Assembly: GCA_044229145.1 (NCBI GenBank) | Contig: JBGATO010000003.1 | Coordinates: 1 to 64,000 of the forward strand | Source: Candidatus Eiseniibacteriota bacterium | GTDB lineage: Bacteria; Eisenbacteria; RBG-16-71-46; CAZEPH01 | Length of the DNA: 64,000 nucleotides | Direction: 5' to 3' | Shown: piece after piece, positions 9,593-20,800 of the stretch | Layout of the letters: the number at the start of each line of letters is the position of its first letter | How positions within the stretch are numbered: position 1 is the first letter of the stretch | Program-made: the position numbers and the translations under genes | Notes under the pieces: generated by a model | The model's input: only the letters and a program-made list of their open reading frames with translations | Databases searched by the model: none | What the model was told of the DNA's origin: nothing

Positions 9593-10570
9593 TTACTTCG
9601 CCGCCTGCACGCCGAGGACGAACGGGGCCGTGACGATCGCCCCGTGGTGTTGGAACTGGAGCCACAACTTGTACCGGCCGGCCTCGGGGAATTGCGTGTG
9701 GAACATGACGTTCGGGCCGGTCTTCTCGGCGAGCATCAGGGAATCGTGCGCGGTCATCGCGGGCATCGCGCCCATGCCCGGCATGTTCGCCATGCTGCTG
9801 TCGCCCATCGGGTGGGTGTGCAGGAAGCGGGTGCCGTCTTCGGACAACAGCACGGCGTGGCCCATCGCCCCGAGGTAGGGCTCGAGGTCGCGCACCGGCT
9901 GGCCCTGCGCGTCGAGCACCATCGCGTGCAGCATGACCGGTTGCTTCGCCGCGATGTAGGCCGGCATCGGCATGAGCTTGACGGTGTAGGCCTCGCCGCC
10001 GGTGGCTTCGGGATGGCCTTCCGGCGTCGCCAAAACGGCGCGGGAGATGAATCCCTGGGCGTCGAGGACGTCGGGCGTCAACACGGCGGGGCTCATCGCA
10101 CTGGCTTGCGGTTCGGACGTGGTGACGTCGAGCGAGATGACCTCGTGGCGCCCGCCGGCGCGCGTGTAGTCGGCATATAGCCGGTAGGTGCCGGGCCGCG
10201 GCAGCGCGAACTCGACGCGCCAGGTGCCGTCGGGCTGTAACGCCGGGTGGATGTGGTTGAACCAACTCAGGTCCCGCGCCGCGATCAACAGATGCAGCAG
10301 CTTCTCGTGCACGACGTCGAACTGGCGCAGCGTGTCCCCGGTCGATTGATCGCGCAGGCACAGAGTCCAGGTCGTCGGGACCCCGGCGCGGAGCGGTGCG
10401 GGAGAGGGCGACGCCGACAAGAGCGCGCTGTGATCGAGCAAGCCGGTCGGCACCGGCGTGGCGGCCGGCGCGGGGGCCTTCTTCGTACAGCCCGCCGCCA
10501 GCGTGAGACACACGCACGCCACCACGAGAGCGAGTCCGTGGCCGAAAGACTGCGCACGCGACGCGATCAT
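9593..10570 (-). CDS. Putative heavy-metal-binding lipoprotein with two Ig-like (YtkA-like) halves
   Basis: Start MIASRAQ with RBS GGAGGA; lipobox LAAG-C; duplicated motifs VHEKLLHLLIAARDLSWFNHIHP and LEPYLGAMGH...FLHTHP; Met-rich segment. Confidence 0.7.
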   Translation of the reverse strand: MIASRAQSFGHGLALVVACVCLTLAAGCTKKAPAPAATPVPTGLLDHSALLSASPSPAPLRAGVPTTWTLCLRDQSTGDTLRQFDVVHEKLLHLLIAARDLSWFNHIHPALQPDGTWRVEFALPRPGTYRLYADYTRAGGRHEVISLDVTTSEPQASAMSPAVLTPDVLDAQGFISRAVLATPEGHPEATGGEAYTVKLMPMPAYIAAKQPVMLHAMVLDAQGQPVRDLEPYLGAMGHAVLLSEDGTRFLHTHPMGDSSMANMPGMGAMPAMTAHDSLMLAEKTGPNVMFHTQFPEAGRYKLWLQFQHHGAIVTAPFVLGVQAAK

Positions 10571-10602
10571 CGAATCCTCCCGCGGCGCATCGCCGGGTCG
10601 TC

Positions 10603-11256
10603 CTAGTGCGGCGACCACGTGGGATGCGCGCTGAACAGGCCGTCGACGATGCCGATGCGGCCCATGACATAGATGCCGAACGCCAGGCTGACCACGCCGG
10701 TCGCCACGCGCAGGTGGGGCGACAGCCGCTCGAGGCGATGCGCCAGCACGCCCGCGGGGAGCGCAAACGCCAGCGTGACCATCATCATGCCGGCGATCGT
10801 GCCCACCCCGAACACGAGAAGATATCCCACCGCCGGCCAGGTGTCGTGCACGGTGGCCAACACGAGCAGCGCCACCGCGGCACTACCCGCCAGCCCGTGC
10901 ACGAGACCGACCAGGAAGGCGCGCCACGCCGGGATGCCGTCCTCGGCGCCGCTGGTCACGAATCCCTTCCGTCCCGCGATGTTCCACAGTCCGACGAGCG
11001 CCAGCACGATTCCCACGGCGAACTCGAGCGAGAGCCCCACCCGCGGCGGCACCGTGAGGTGGAGCACGATGATCGCCGCGCCCACCACGAAGATGGTGAG
11101 CGTGTGCCCGAGTCCCCACAGCGCGCCGATGAGAGCGGCCGGTGCCGCGCGGCGATGGCGCGCCGCGATTGCCGTCACGGCCACGACGTGGTCGGCATCG
11201 GTCGCGTGTCGCATCCCGAGGACCAGGCCGAGCGCGAGCAGCGTGTACAGCGGCAC
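10603..11256 (-). CDS. NicO/HoxN/UreH-type nickel/cobalt transporter-like membrane protein
   Basis: RHATDADHVVAV, WGLGHTLT and GLVHGLAGS motifs; multiple TM helices; GTG 11256 with RBS GGAGG. Confidence 0.85.
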   Translation of the reverse strand: MPLYTLLALGLVLGMRHATDADHVVAVTAIAARHRRAAPAALIGALWGLGHTLTIFVVGAAIIVLHLTVPPRVGLSLEFAVGIVLALVGLWNIAGRKGFVTSGAEDGIPAWRAFLVGLVHGLAGSAAVALLVLATVHDTWPAVGYLLVFGVGTIAGMMMVTLAFALPAGVLAHRLERLSPHLRVATGVVSLAFGIYVMGRIGIVDGLFSAHPTWSPH

Positions 11257-11477
11257 GACGAATTCCTCCAGGGCGCGGCAGGTCAGCGGTGTGCGTGCGC
11301 GCATGATCCGCCGTGCGTTCGCGTGCGTCACGAGTCCATCGGCACCATTGGTGGCGCACGGGGTCGCGCGCACGGCGCGGGCCGCCCGAGGTCGCAGGCG
11401 CGGCTACATCTTCCGGACGACTGGCGTGCGTGTCGTGTTCCCGACAAGGTCGAGGCGCGGAAGACGGAGATTCTTCG

Positions 11478-11506
11478 TTGACCGCGCGTGATGGAGCCCT
11501 TACACT
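11478..11506 (+). promoter_or_regulatory. Sigma70-type promoter of the giant surface protein gene
   Basis: TTGACC-N17-TACACT, near consensus. Confidence 0.7.
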
Positions 11507-11859
11507 CCTCAGTTACCCAGTGCGGACCGCGCTCACGCGACACCCTCTGTCGCCGGAGCTATCGCCGTCCGCGTACGGGTTTCTGCCAGCACCGCCAACG
11601 CTGTGACCCAACAACGTGTCCCGCGCGACCGCGACCCGACATGGACTTTCTCGGGGTGTCGCCGCGCGGGGAGCAGAGACCGCGCGCTCCCAAGACGGCC
11701 CTCGTCTATCCGCACGATCTCCGCAGTTACCAACCGCAGCAGGCTCCCCGCCCGCCATGATGTGCGCGTCGGGTTGCCGTCGTGCCACGCCACTTCGCGA
11801 CAGGTTCTCGGTGACGGTTGCGTCGCCGCCCGTTTCACACACGTTCAGGAGTTCCCCTT

Positions 11860-14800
11860 ATGAACCGCGTTACCTCTCGTGTAGCCCGGCGTTTCGTCGG
11901 GTTGGTAATGCTTGCGGTGCTGGTTCTCACGGCAGCCGCGGCGCACGCGCAGACCATTTTCTCGGAGAGCTTCGATAGTGCGTGGACGACTCCCACCACG
12001 CTCCTCACCGGTGGGAATGCCTGGTCGGGAATCGGCACCGGCAACAATCAGTGGCAGCGCAACGACTTCACGACCGGCTGGTCGAGTTCCAGCGGTTCGT
12101 ATACCCCGACCGGCGCGCAGAGCACGACGAATAGCGCGCGTTTCCACTCGTTCGACGCGTCGAGCGGCACCTTCGGGTCGCTGATCACGCCGACGATCGA
12201 CTTCTCCTCCTTCGCGGGAGCCAAGCGGGTCGCCTTCTACAGCATCAACACGTCGGGAGGCGACTCCCTGCGCGTGTGGCTGTCCACCGATGGCGGCACC
12301 AACTACTCGCTGCTCACGGTGCTCAACCAGTCGGCCACCTGGACGCAGTACACGGCGGATCTCGGCACCACCACCTCGAGCACGGTGAAGATCAAGTTCG
12401 AGGGCCGGTCCGACTTCGGCACCACCGACATCGGCCTCGATCAGATGTCGATCTATGTGGTGAACCCGCTCAGCGGCACCAAGACGATCGGCGCGGGCGG
12501 TGACTACACCACCTTCACCGCCGCGATCAACGCGCTCAACCAGAATGGCGTCGCCGCCGGCGGTGTGACCTTTAACGTCACCGCCGGTTCGACTTTCACC
12601 GAGGACGTGCCTGCGATCGCCAGCAACATCGGCTCGAGCGCGGCCAACCCGGTGGTGTTCCAAAAGAGCGGCGCGGGCGCCAACCCGGTCATCAAGCCGA
12701 CCGGTGGCACCGGCACGACGGACTTCGGTTTCGGCATCACGGGTGCGGACTACGTGACCGTGGACGGCATCGACATCACCGAGAACACGGGCTCGGCGGT
12801 GGAGTATGGCTTCCTGGTCAAGAACGCGACCGCCACCGACGGTGCGACCAACGTCACCATCAAGAACGCGACCATCACGCTGAACCGCGCCAACACGTCG
12901 TCGTACGGCATCATGGCCACCAGCTCGACCACGGCCGGCGGTGGCACGACGCCGACCAGCGCGGCGGGCGCCAACTCGAACAACAAGTTCCAGAACATCG
13001 TCGTCATCAACTCGTACAACGGGATGGCGATGCTGGGTGGCAGCGGCTCGTTCCCGGACGCCTCGAACGAAATCGGCGTGACCGGCGGCGGCACCACGCA
13101 GTTCGGTGGCGCGGTGGCCGGTGACTCGCTGGGTGTCGGCAGCTCGACCTGCTACGGCATCCGCCTCGTCACCCAGAGCGGCGTCAAGGTGTCGAACGCG
13201 ATCGTGCGCAACATCAAGATCACCAGCTCGATCAACGCGTACGGCATCTACCTGGACGACAGCGCGACCGGCACCTACGCCCAGGGCGAGATCTCGAACA
13301 ACACGGTGAACGGAATCTTCAGCTCGTCGACGTCGACGTCGTCGGTGCTGTACGGCATCCGTGCCGACGTCTCGACCGGCAATGTCGTCAAGATCTTCAA
13401 CAACGACATCTACGGCATGACGCCGCCGCTGCTCACCGCCGCGACCACGACGCAGGTGTGCCGCGCGCTCGCCGCCAACGCTGGGTCGAACTCGGGTACG
13501 GTGAACGCCTACTACAACAGCGTGCACATCGGCTCGGGCCTCACCTTCGGGAGCCTCCTCGGCACCAGCGCCGCGTTCTACATGGCCGGCGGGACGGTGA
13601 ACCTGGCGAACAACATCTTCTCGAACGTCACCCCGGCCCAGACCACCGCGAAGCACTACGCGGCGTACGTCTCGGCGGGCACCGTGGCGTCGTCGAGCAA
13701 CAACATCCTGTGGGCGCCGAACACCAATGGGGTGATCGGCTCGCAGGGCGCCACCGACCGCACCACGCTGCAGATCTTCGCCGCGGCGATCAGCGCCACC
13801 GCGCCGGTCGATGGGGCCGAGGGCGGGTCGGCCAACGCCGACCCCGGCTTCACCAGCGCGACGAACCTGACCTTCGCGGGGGCGACCCCGGCGGCGTCGT
13901 CGGGTGTGCCGGTCAGCGGCATCACCACCGACATCACCGGCGCGGCGCGCAGTGGCTCGCAGCCGACCATCGGTGCGCACGAAACCGCCAATGCGCAGAA
14001 CGACCAGTCGGCGCCGGCGCTCTCGGGCGTGTCGATCACCAGCGGCTCGTCGCCGAGCGTCAGCCTGACGCTTACCGACAACAGCGCGGCGGCGAGCAAC
14101 GCCACCGTGCAGCTGTGGTACCGCCTCAGCTCGAGCAGCGGCGCGTACACCGGTGTGGACGCCGACGTGAAGCCCTCGGGCGCGATGAACGGCACCTACA
14201 CCTGGAACACGTCGATCGCGTCGCTCGCGGCCGGCACCTACAACTTCTACGTTGCCGTCCGTGACGGCGGTGGCGCCGGCACCCGGATCTGGGCGAACCC
14301 GATCTGGACGTCGTCGTTCCCGACCTCGTCCGGCTTCGCGGCCGCCGACCCGCCGAACTACGGCACCAACCCGGCCACCTACGCCAACGTGCGTCAGTTC
14401 CAGAAGACCGCGGTCCTCGCCGGCGGCACCTACGAGGTCGGGTCGGACCAATCGGTCTACAAGAAGCTGACCGACGTGGCGAGCGCGCTCAACGCGTCCT
14501 CGCTGACCGGCGACGTGGTGTTCGAGCTCAACTCGACCTACGACGGCACCACCGGCGAGACGCTGCCGATCGTCTTCAACCAGTTCCTCACCACCGGCGG
14601 CAACTGGACCGCGACCGTCCGCGTGAAGTCCGGCGCCGGCGCGCGTCAGACCCGTGGCAAGGTGGTGGGCGCGGTGATCAAGCTGAACGGCGCCGACCGC
14701 ATGACGCTCGACGGCCGCGAAGGCGGCACCGGCTCGACCAGCGCGTGGACGGTAGCGAACGACTCGTCAGCCACCGCGACCGCGGCCATCTGGCTGTCGT

Positions 14801-17800
14801 CGCTCGGCACGGCGGCGGGTGCCACCAACAACACCATCCGCTACCTGACGCTGCAGACCGGGATCGACCCGACGGCGAGCAGCAACGAAGCGTTCGGCAT
14901 TGTGTCCAGCGGTACCTCGATCAGCATCTCGACGGACGGCGCGGACAACGACAACAACACCTTCGCCAACAACACCATCACCAAAGCGCGCTGGGGTATC
15001 TACGTGCGCGGTGCGCTGGCGAACACCAACGACGGCAACGTGATCTCCGGCAACCTCATCGGGCCGAGCGCCTTCGGCACCACGCAGATCGCCAAGGGTG
15101 GAATCGTCGTGCAGTACCAGCAGGGCGCGTCGATCACTCAGAACGAGGTGCGCTTCGTGGGTGTGCTGGCGACCCAGACCGGCTCCGGCACCGACCGCGT
15201 CGGTATCGGCCTCGGTGACTACAACTGGACGCCGACCGCGACCACCACGCAGAACTGCTCGGTGACGCGCAACGTGATCCACGACATCGTCGAAGAGAAG
15301 ACCTTCTCGGCCGCCGGGATCATCGTCGGCGGCACGACGGCGCCGACCAACAACGTCATCGCCAACAACATGATCTACGGCGTGCGCGCCGACGGCACCA
15401 GCGGTGACCAGGGCGTCGGCATCGGGATCGCGGCGGGTGACAACGACAAGGTCGTCTACAACTCGGTCGCGATCACCGGCGACCAGGACCCGGGCACGTC
15501 GACCAGCGCGACGTACCAGACTTGCGGGATCCGTATCTCCAGCACCACGCCGACCAACCTGACGCTGAAGAACAACATCGTCAGCGTCGACGCGACCTCG
15601 AACACGTCGACCGTGCACCACGTCGCGATGGTCGCGCCGGCCACCTCGTACAACTGGGGCACCGGCGGCGCGAACAACAACGACTTCTACACCAACCCGG
15701 CGACCACGCAGTCGGTCCTCGGCGGCATCGGCACCACGTCGCCGTACACGGACGTGACCACCATCGCGAGCTGGCGCTTGCAGTTCACGCCGCACCAGGA
15801 CTCGCTCTCGGTGAGCGCGCAGCCGCCGTTCCTCAGCGCGACCGACCTGCACCTCAACACGGCGACGCCGACGGTGCTCGAGTCCGCCGGGACGCCGATC
15901 GCCGGCGTGACCACCGACTACGACAACGACGCGCGTAACGCGACCACGCCGGACATCGGTGCCGACGAAGGTGCGTTCACGGCGCTCAGCAGCATCGACC
16001 TCGGCGCGACGGCGTTCGTCTCGCCGCTGAACGGTGGCGCGGTGGCGGCCACGGTGGCGTTCACGCCGCAGGCCTCGTTCACCAACAACGGGACCGGCGC
16101 GCTCACCAACGCACCGGTGCGCTACCGGATCCTCGACAACACCAGCGCGGAGGTCTACAACCAGACCGCGACCATCGCGTCGCTCGGCGCCGGCAGTGCC
16201 TCGACGGTGAGCTTCCCGGCGGCCACGTTGTCGCTCGCCGGGACGTACACGATCATCGCCAAGGCGGAGGTGGTGGGTGACGCGACGCCGGTCAACGACT
16301 CGATCGTCGGCAGCATCACCGCCTTCACGCCGCTGAGCGGCACCTACACCGTCGGTGTGGGCGGCAACTATACCACGCTCACCGCCGCGGTGGCCGACGC
16401 CAACACCAAGGGTGTCGGCGGGGCGGTGGTGTTCTCGCTCACCGACGCGACCTACCCGAGCGAGACCTTCCCGATCACGCTCAACGCGCTGACCGGCGCG
16501 TCCGCGAGCAATACCCTCACCATCATGCCGGCGAGCGGCGTGACCGCGACGATCAGCGGATCGTCGACCTCGTCGATCCTCAAGCTGAATGGCGCCGACT
16601 GGGTGGTGATCGACGGGTCGAACAACGGCAGCACGTCGCGCGACCTGACGGTGACCAACAGCAACACCAGCACGTCGTCGGCGGTGATCTGGCTCGCGAG
16701 CCCGACGGTGTCCGACGGCGCGACCAACAACGTCATCAAGAACACGATCGTGCGCGGCAACGCGGCGAACACCACGCTCATGGGCATCTACATCGGCGGC
16801 ACCACGATCAGCTCGACCGCGCCGGTGCGTCAGAGCCGCGAGCCGGGCGCGGCGCCGTCCCAGCCGGAACTGACCGGGACCGCGGCGCTCACCAACAACG
16901 CCAACAACACGATCCAGAACAACCTGGTGGCCAAGGCGACGTACGGCATCGCAGCCATCGGCACCTCGACCACGACGCTCGACACCGGCTTGCAGATCAT
17001 CGGCAACGCGCTGGGCACGTCGGCGGCAGGGGACGGTTCGCAGAACGCCGGTATCTACATCAAGTACCAGAACGGCGCGCTCGTCTCGCAGAACGAGGTG
17101 CAGAACGTCGCCATCAGCGGCACGCTGGCGGGCGACTACTTCGGGATCGGCGTGAGCGAGTCGAAGTCGTCGACCATCGAGCGCAACCAGATCCACGGCA
17201 TGTACTACACCGGAACCTCGAGCGGCAAGATCTACGGCATCATGCAGCAGAGTTCCGGGTTCACCACCTCCGGCAACCCGTCGGCGAACAAGTACGCGAA
17301 CAACATGGTCGGCGACATGACGTCGACCAGCACCTCGGGCTTCCTGGCGATGGTCGGTATCGACAACCAGGGCGGCTACGGCGACATGTACTACGACAAC
17401 TCGGTCAGCCTCTCCGGCACGCCGCTGAGCGGAGGAGCGTCCGCGCTCGTCATCGCGATGGCGAACGGGGATGGATGGTCCGGGACCTCGTCGAGCGTCG
17501 TCGATGTGCGCGGCAACATTCTGTCGGTGACCGGCTCGGCGTCCTTCGCGGTGAAGGGCTACGCCTTCTACACCTCGCTGACGAGCCTCACCGGCAGCAC
17601 GCTCGACTACAACGACCTGTACTCGGCGCCCACCGGTTCGATGGTGCCGGAGATCGGTCGCTTCAACGCGGTCGACTACCCGACCTTCGCGGGCTGGAAG
17701 ACGGGGACCTCGCAGGACGCGCACTCGGTCAACGCGATCGCGCCGTTCCTGTCGGCCTCGAACCTGCACCTGAACACGTCGATCCCGACGGCGCTCGAGG

Positions 17801-20800
17801 CGGCGAACCTGCCGATCGCCGGCGTCACCACCGACCTCGACGGCGACACGCGTGACGCCTCGACGCCGGACATCGGGGCCGACGAAGGCAACTTCCTCGC
17901 GCTGACCGCGAACGACATGGCGGCCACCGCGTTCATCTCGCCGACCAACGGCGGCACGGTGTCGTCGGGGGTGGCGTTCACGCCGCAGGCGTCGTTCACC
18001 AACACCGGGACCATCGCGCAGACCAGCGTCACGGTGCGCTACCGCATCGTCGACGGTTCGAGCACCGAGGTCTACAACCAGACCGCGACGATCGCCTCGA
18101 TCGCCGGTGGCGCGGCGACCACGGTGAGCTTCCCGTCCGCGACCGTGGCCTCGGCCGGCAGCTACACGATCTACGCCAAGGCCGAACTCGCCGGCGACGG
18201 CGTGCCGGCCAACGACGAGATCAGCGGGTCGATCACCGCGCAGGCGCCGCTCAACGGCACGTACACGGTGGGTGTCGGCGGCAGCTACACGACGCTGACC
18301 GCGGCCGCCGCCGCGATCAACTCGCTGGGCGCGGACGGGCCGGTGGTGTTCTCGCTGACCGACGCGACGTACCCGAGCGAGACGTTCCCGATCGTCGTCA
18401 ACGCGTTCGTGGGCGCCAGCAGCACCAACACGCTGACGATCCGCCCGGCGAGCGGCGTGACCGCCACCATCAGCGGCAGCCTGTCGAGCGGCGCATTGCT
18501 CAAGCTGAATGGCGCGGACTACGTGACGATCGACGGCAGCAACAGCGGCGGCACCGACCGCAGCCTGACGCTGACCAACACGTCGACCACCGCGCCTGCC
18601 GTGATCTGGCTCGCCAGCAGCGGTGTCGGTCTGGGTGCGTCGAACAATACGATCAAGAACTGCAACATCAACGCCGCCAGCGGCACGACGTCCACTGCGT
18701 ACGGCATCGCCCTCGCGGGCACGTCGCTGGGTCTCGCCGGTGCGGACAATGACGACGTGACGATCCAGAACAACGCGATCTCGAGCACCAACATCGGCGT
18801 CTACGCGAACGGCTCCACGGGTGTCAGCGCCGGCGCGGACGACAACCTGCTGGTGGCCGGCAACGCGTTCACGTCGACGTCGACGCTGGGCACCATCTAC
18901 GGGGTCGAGGCGATCAACGCGTTGGGCGCCACCGTGCGCAACAACTCGTTCAGCCTCACGACCACGGCGTCCGGCGCGCCGACCGCGATCTCGCTCGAGA
19001 CCAACGTCGCGAACGCCTCGGTGCTGGCGAACACCATCACGCAGGTGACCACCACCAACTCCGGCGGCTACGGCGGCCGTGGCATCACGGTGGGCACCGG
19101 CTTGACGGCGAGCAACATCACGATCGCCAACAACGCGATTGCCGGCGTGAACGGCTCCAACTGGAACAGCTTCGGCAACTCGTCGGCGATGGGTATCGCT
19201 CTCGGTGTCATCGGCAGCAGCAGCACGCTGACCACCACCGCGGGCGGGATCAACCTCTACCACAACAGCGTGAACATGGACGGCAGCATCGGGTCCGGCT
19301 CGACCACGGCGCTCACCGCCGCGGTGTACGTGGGCTCGGGCGCGAGCGCGCTGAACATCCAGAACAACATCTTCGTGAACACGCAGACCGGGACCAGCAC
19401 GACGCAGAAGAACTACGGCGTGTACTCGGCCGCGGCCAACACCGCGTTCACGACGATGAGCTACAACGACTACTTCGTGAGCAACTCGTTCAACGCGGCT
19501 TCGGCGGTGCTCGGCTACTTGGGCGGCGACCAGACGACGTTGAGCGCGTTCAACACGGCGTTCACCGGCAGCAGCAGCACGCAGGCGTACAACGTGGCGC
19601 CGGGCTTCACGTCGTCCACCAACCTGCACGTCCCGGCGGCGACGCTGTCCATCCTCGAGTCCGGCGGTACCGCGGGCACCGGGATCACGACGGACATCGA
19701 CGGGGACGTCCGTCCGGGTCCGTCCGGCTCGGTCAACGGTGGAGCCACCGCGAACGACGTCGGCGCGGATGAATTCGACGGGACGCCGTACAGCAGTCTC
19801 GACATGGCCGCGACCGCGTTCGTCACGCCGGCGAACGGCGGGTCGGTGTCGGAGGGCATCGCGTTCACCCCGCAGGCCACCTTCACCAACATCGGTGTGG
19901 CGGCGCAGACCAACGTGCCGGTGCGCTTCCGCATCCTCGACGCCGGCAGCACCGAGGTCTACAACCAGACCGCCACGATCGCGTCGATCGGCGGTGGCGG
20001 TGGCTCGTCGACGGTCAGCTTCCCGTCGGCGACGCTGGGCGCGGCCGGTGCGTACACGATGATCGCGAAGGCGGAACTCGTGGGCGACACGGCGCCGGGC
20101 AACGACTCGATCACCGGCTCGTTCTCGGCGTTCGCGCCGCTGAACGGCACGTACACGGTCGGCAGCGGCGGTGCCTACACCACGCTGACCGCGGCGGTGG
20201 CGGCGCTCAACGCGGTCGGCGCGTCCGGCCCGGTGACGTTCTCGCTGACCGACGCCCTGTACGACGGCACCGAGACGTTCCCGATCACCATCAACGCCTG
20301 GAGCGGCGCGAGCAGCACGAACACGCTGACCATCAAGCCGGCTTCGGGCGTGACCGCGACCATCACCGGGTCATCGTCGAGCGCGATCCTCAAGCTCAAT
20401 GGCGCCGACTACGTGACGGTCGACGGATCGAACAACGGTTCCACCTCGCGCGACCTGACGATCGAGAACATCAACACCTCGATCACCTCCGCGGTGGTGT
20501 GGCTGTCGAGCCCGAGTGTCTCGGACGGCGCGACCCACAACACGATCAAGAACACGATCGTCACGGGTAACGCGGCGACCACCACGCTCATGGGCATCTA
20601 CAGCGGTGGCACCTCGATCTCGACCGCCGCGCCGGCGCGTCCGCCGGTGAGCGAAGCCGCGCAGCGCACGGCGCCGCGCAACGATGGCATCACCGCGGCG
20701 TTGGCCAGCAACTCGGACAACACGTACCAGAACAACCTGCTCACCAAGGCGCAGTACGGCATCTTCCTCATCGGTGGATCGGCGACGCTGCTCGACGCCA

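Noticed and set aside
11257..11477. NiCo or cobalamin riboswitch upstream of the NicO-type gene
   Set aside because: No conserved riboswitch motifs were recognisable by eye; an Rfam scan would settle it.
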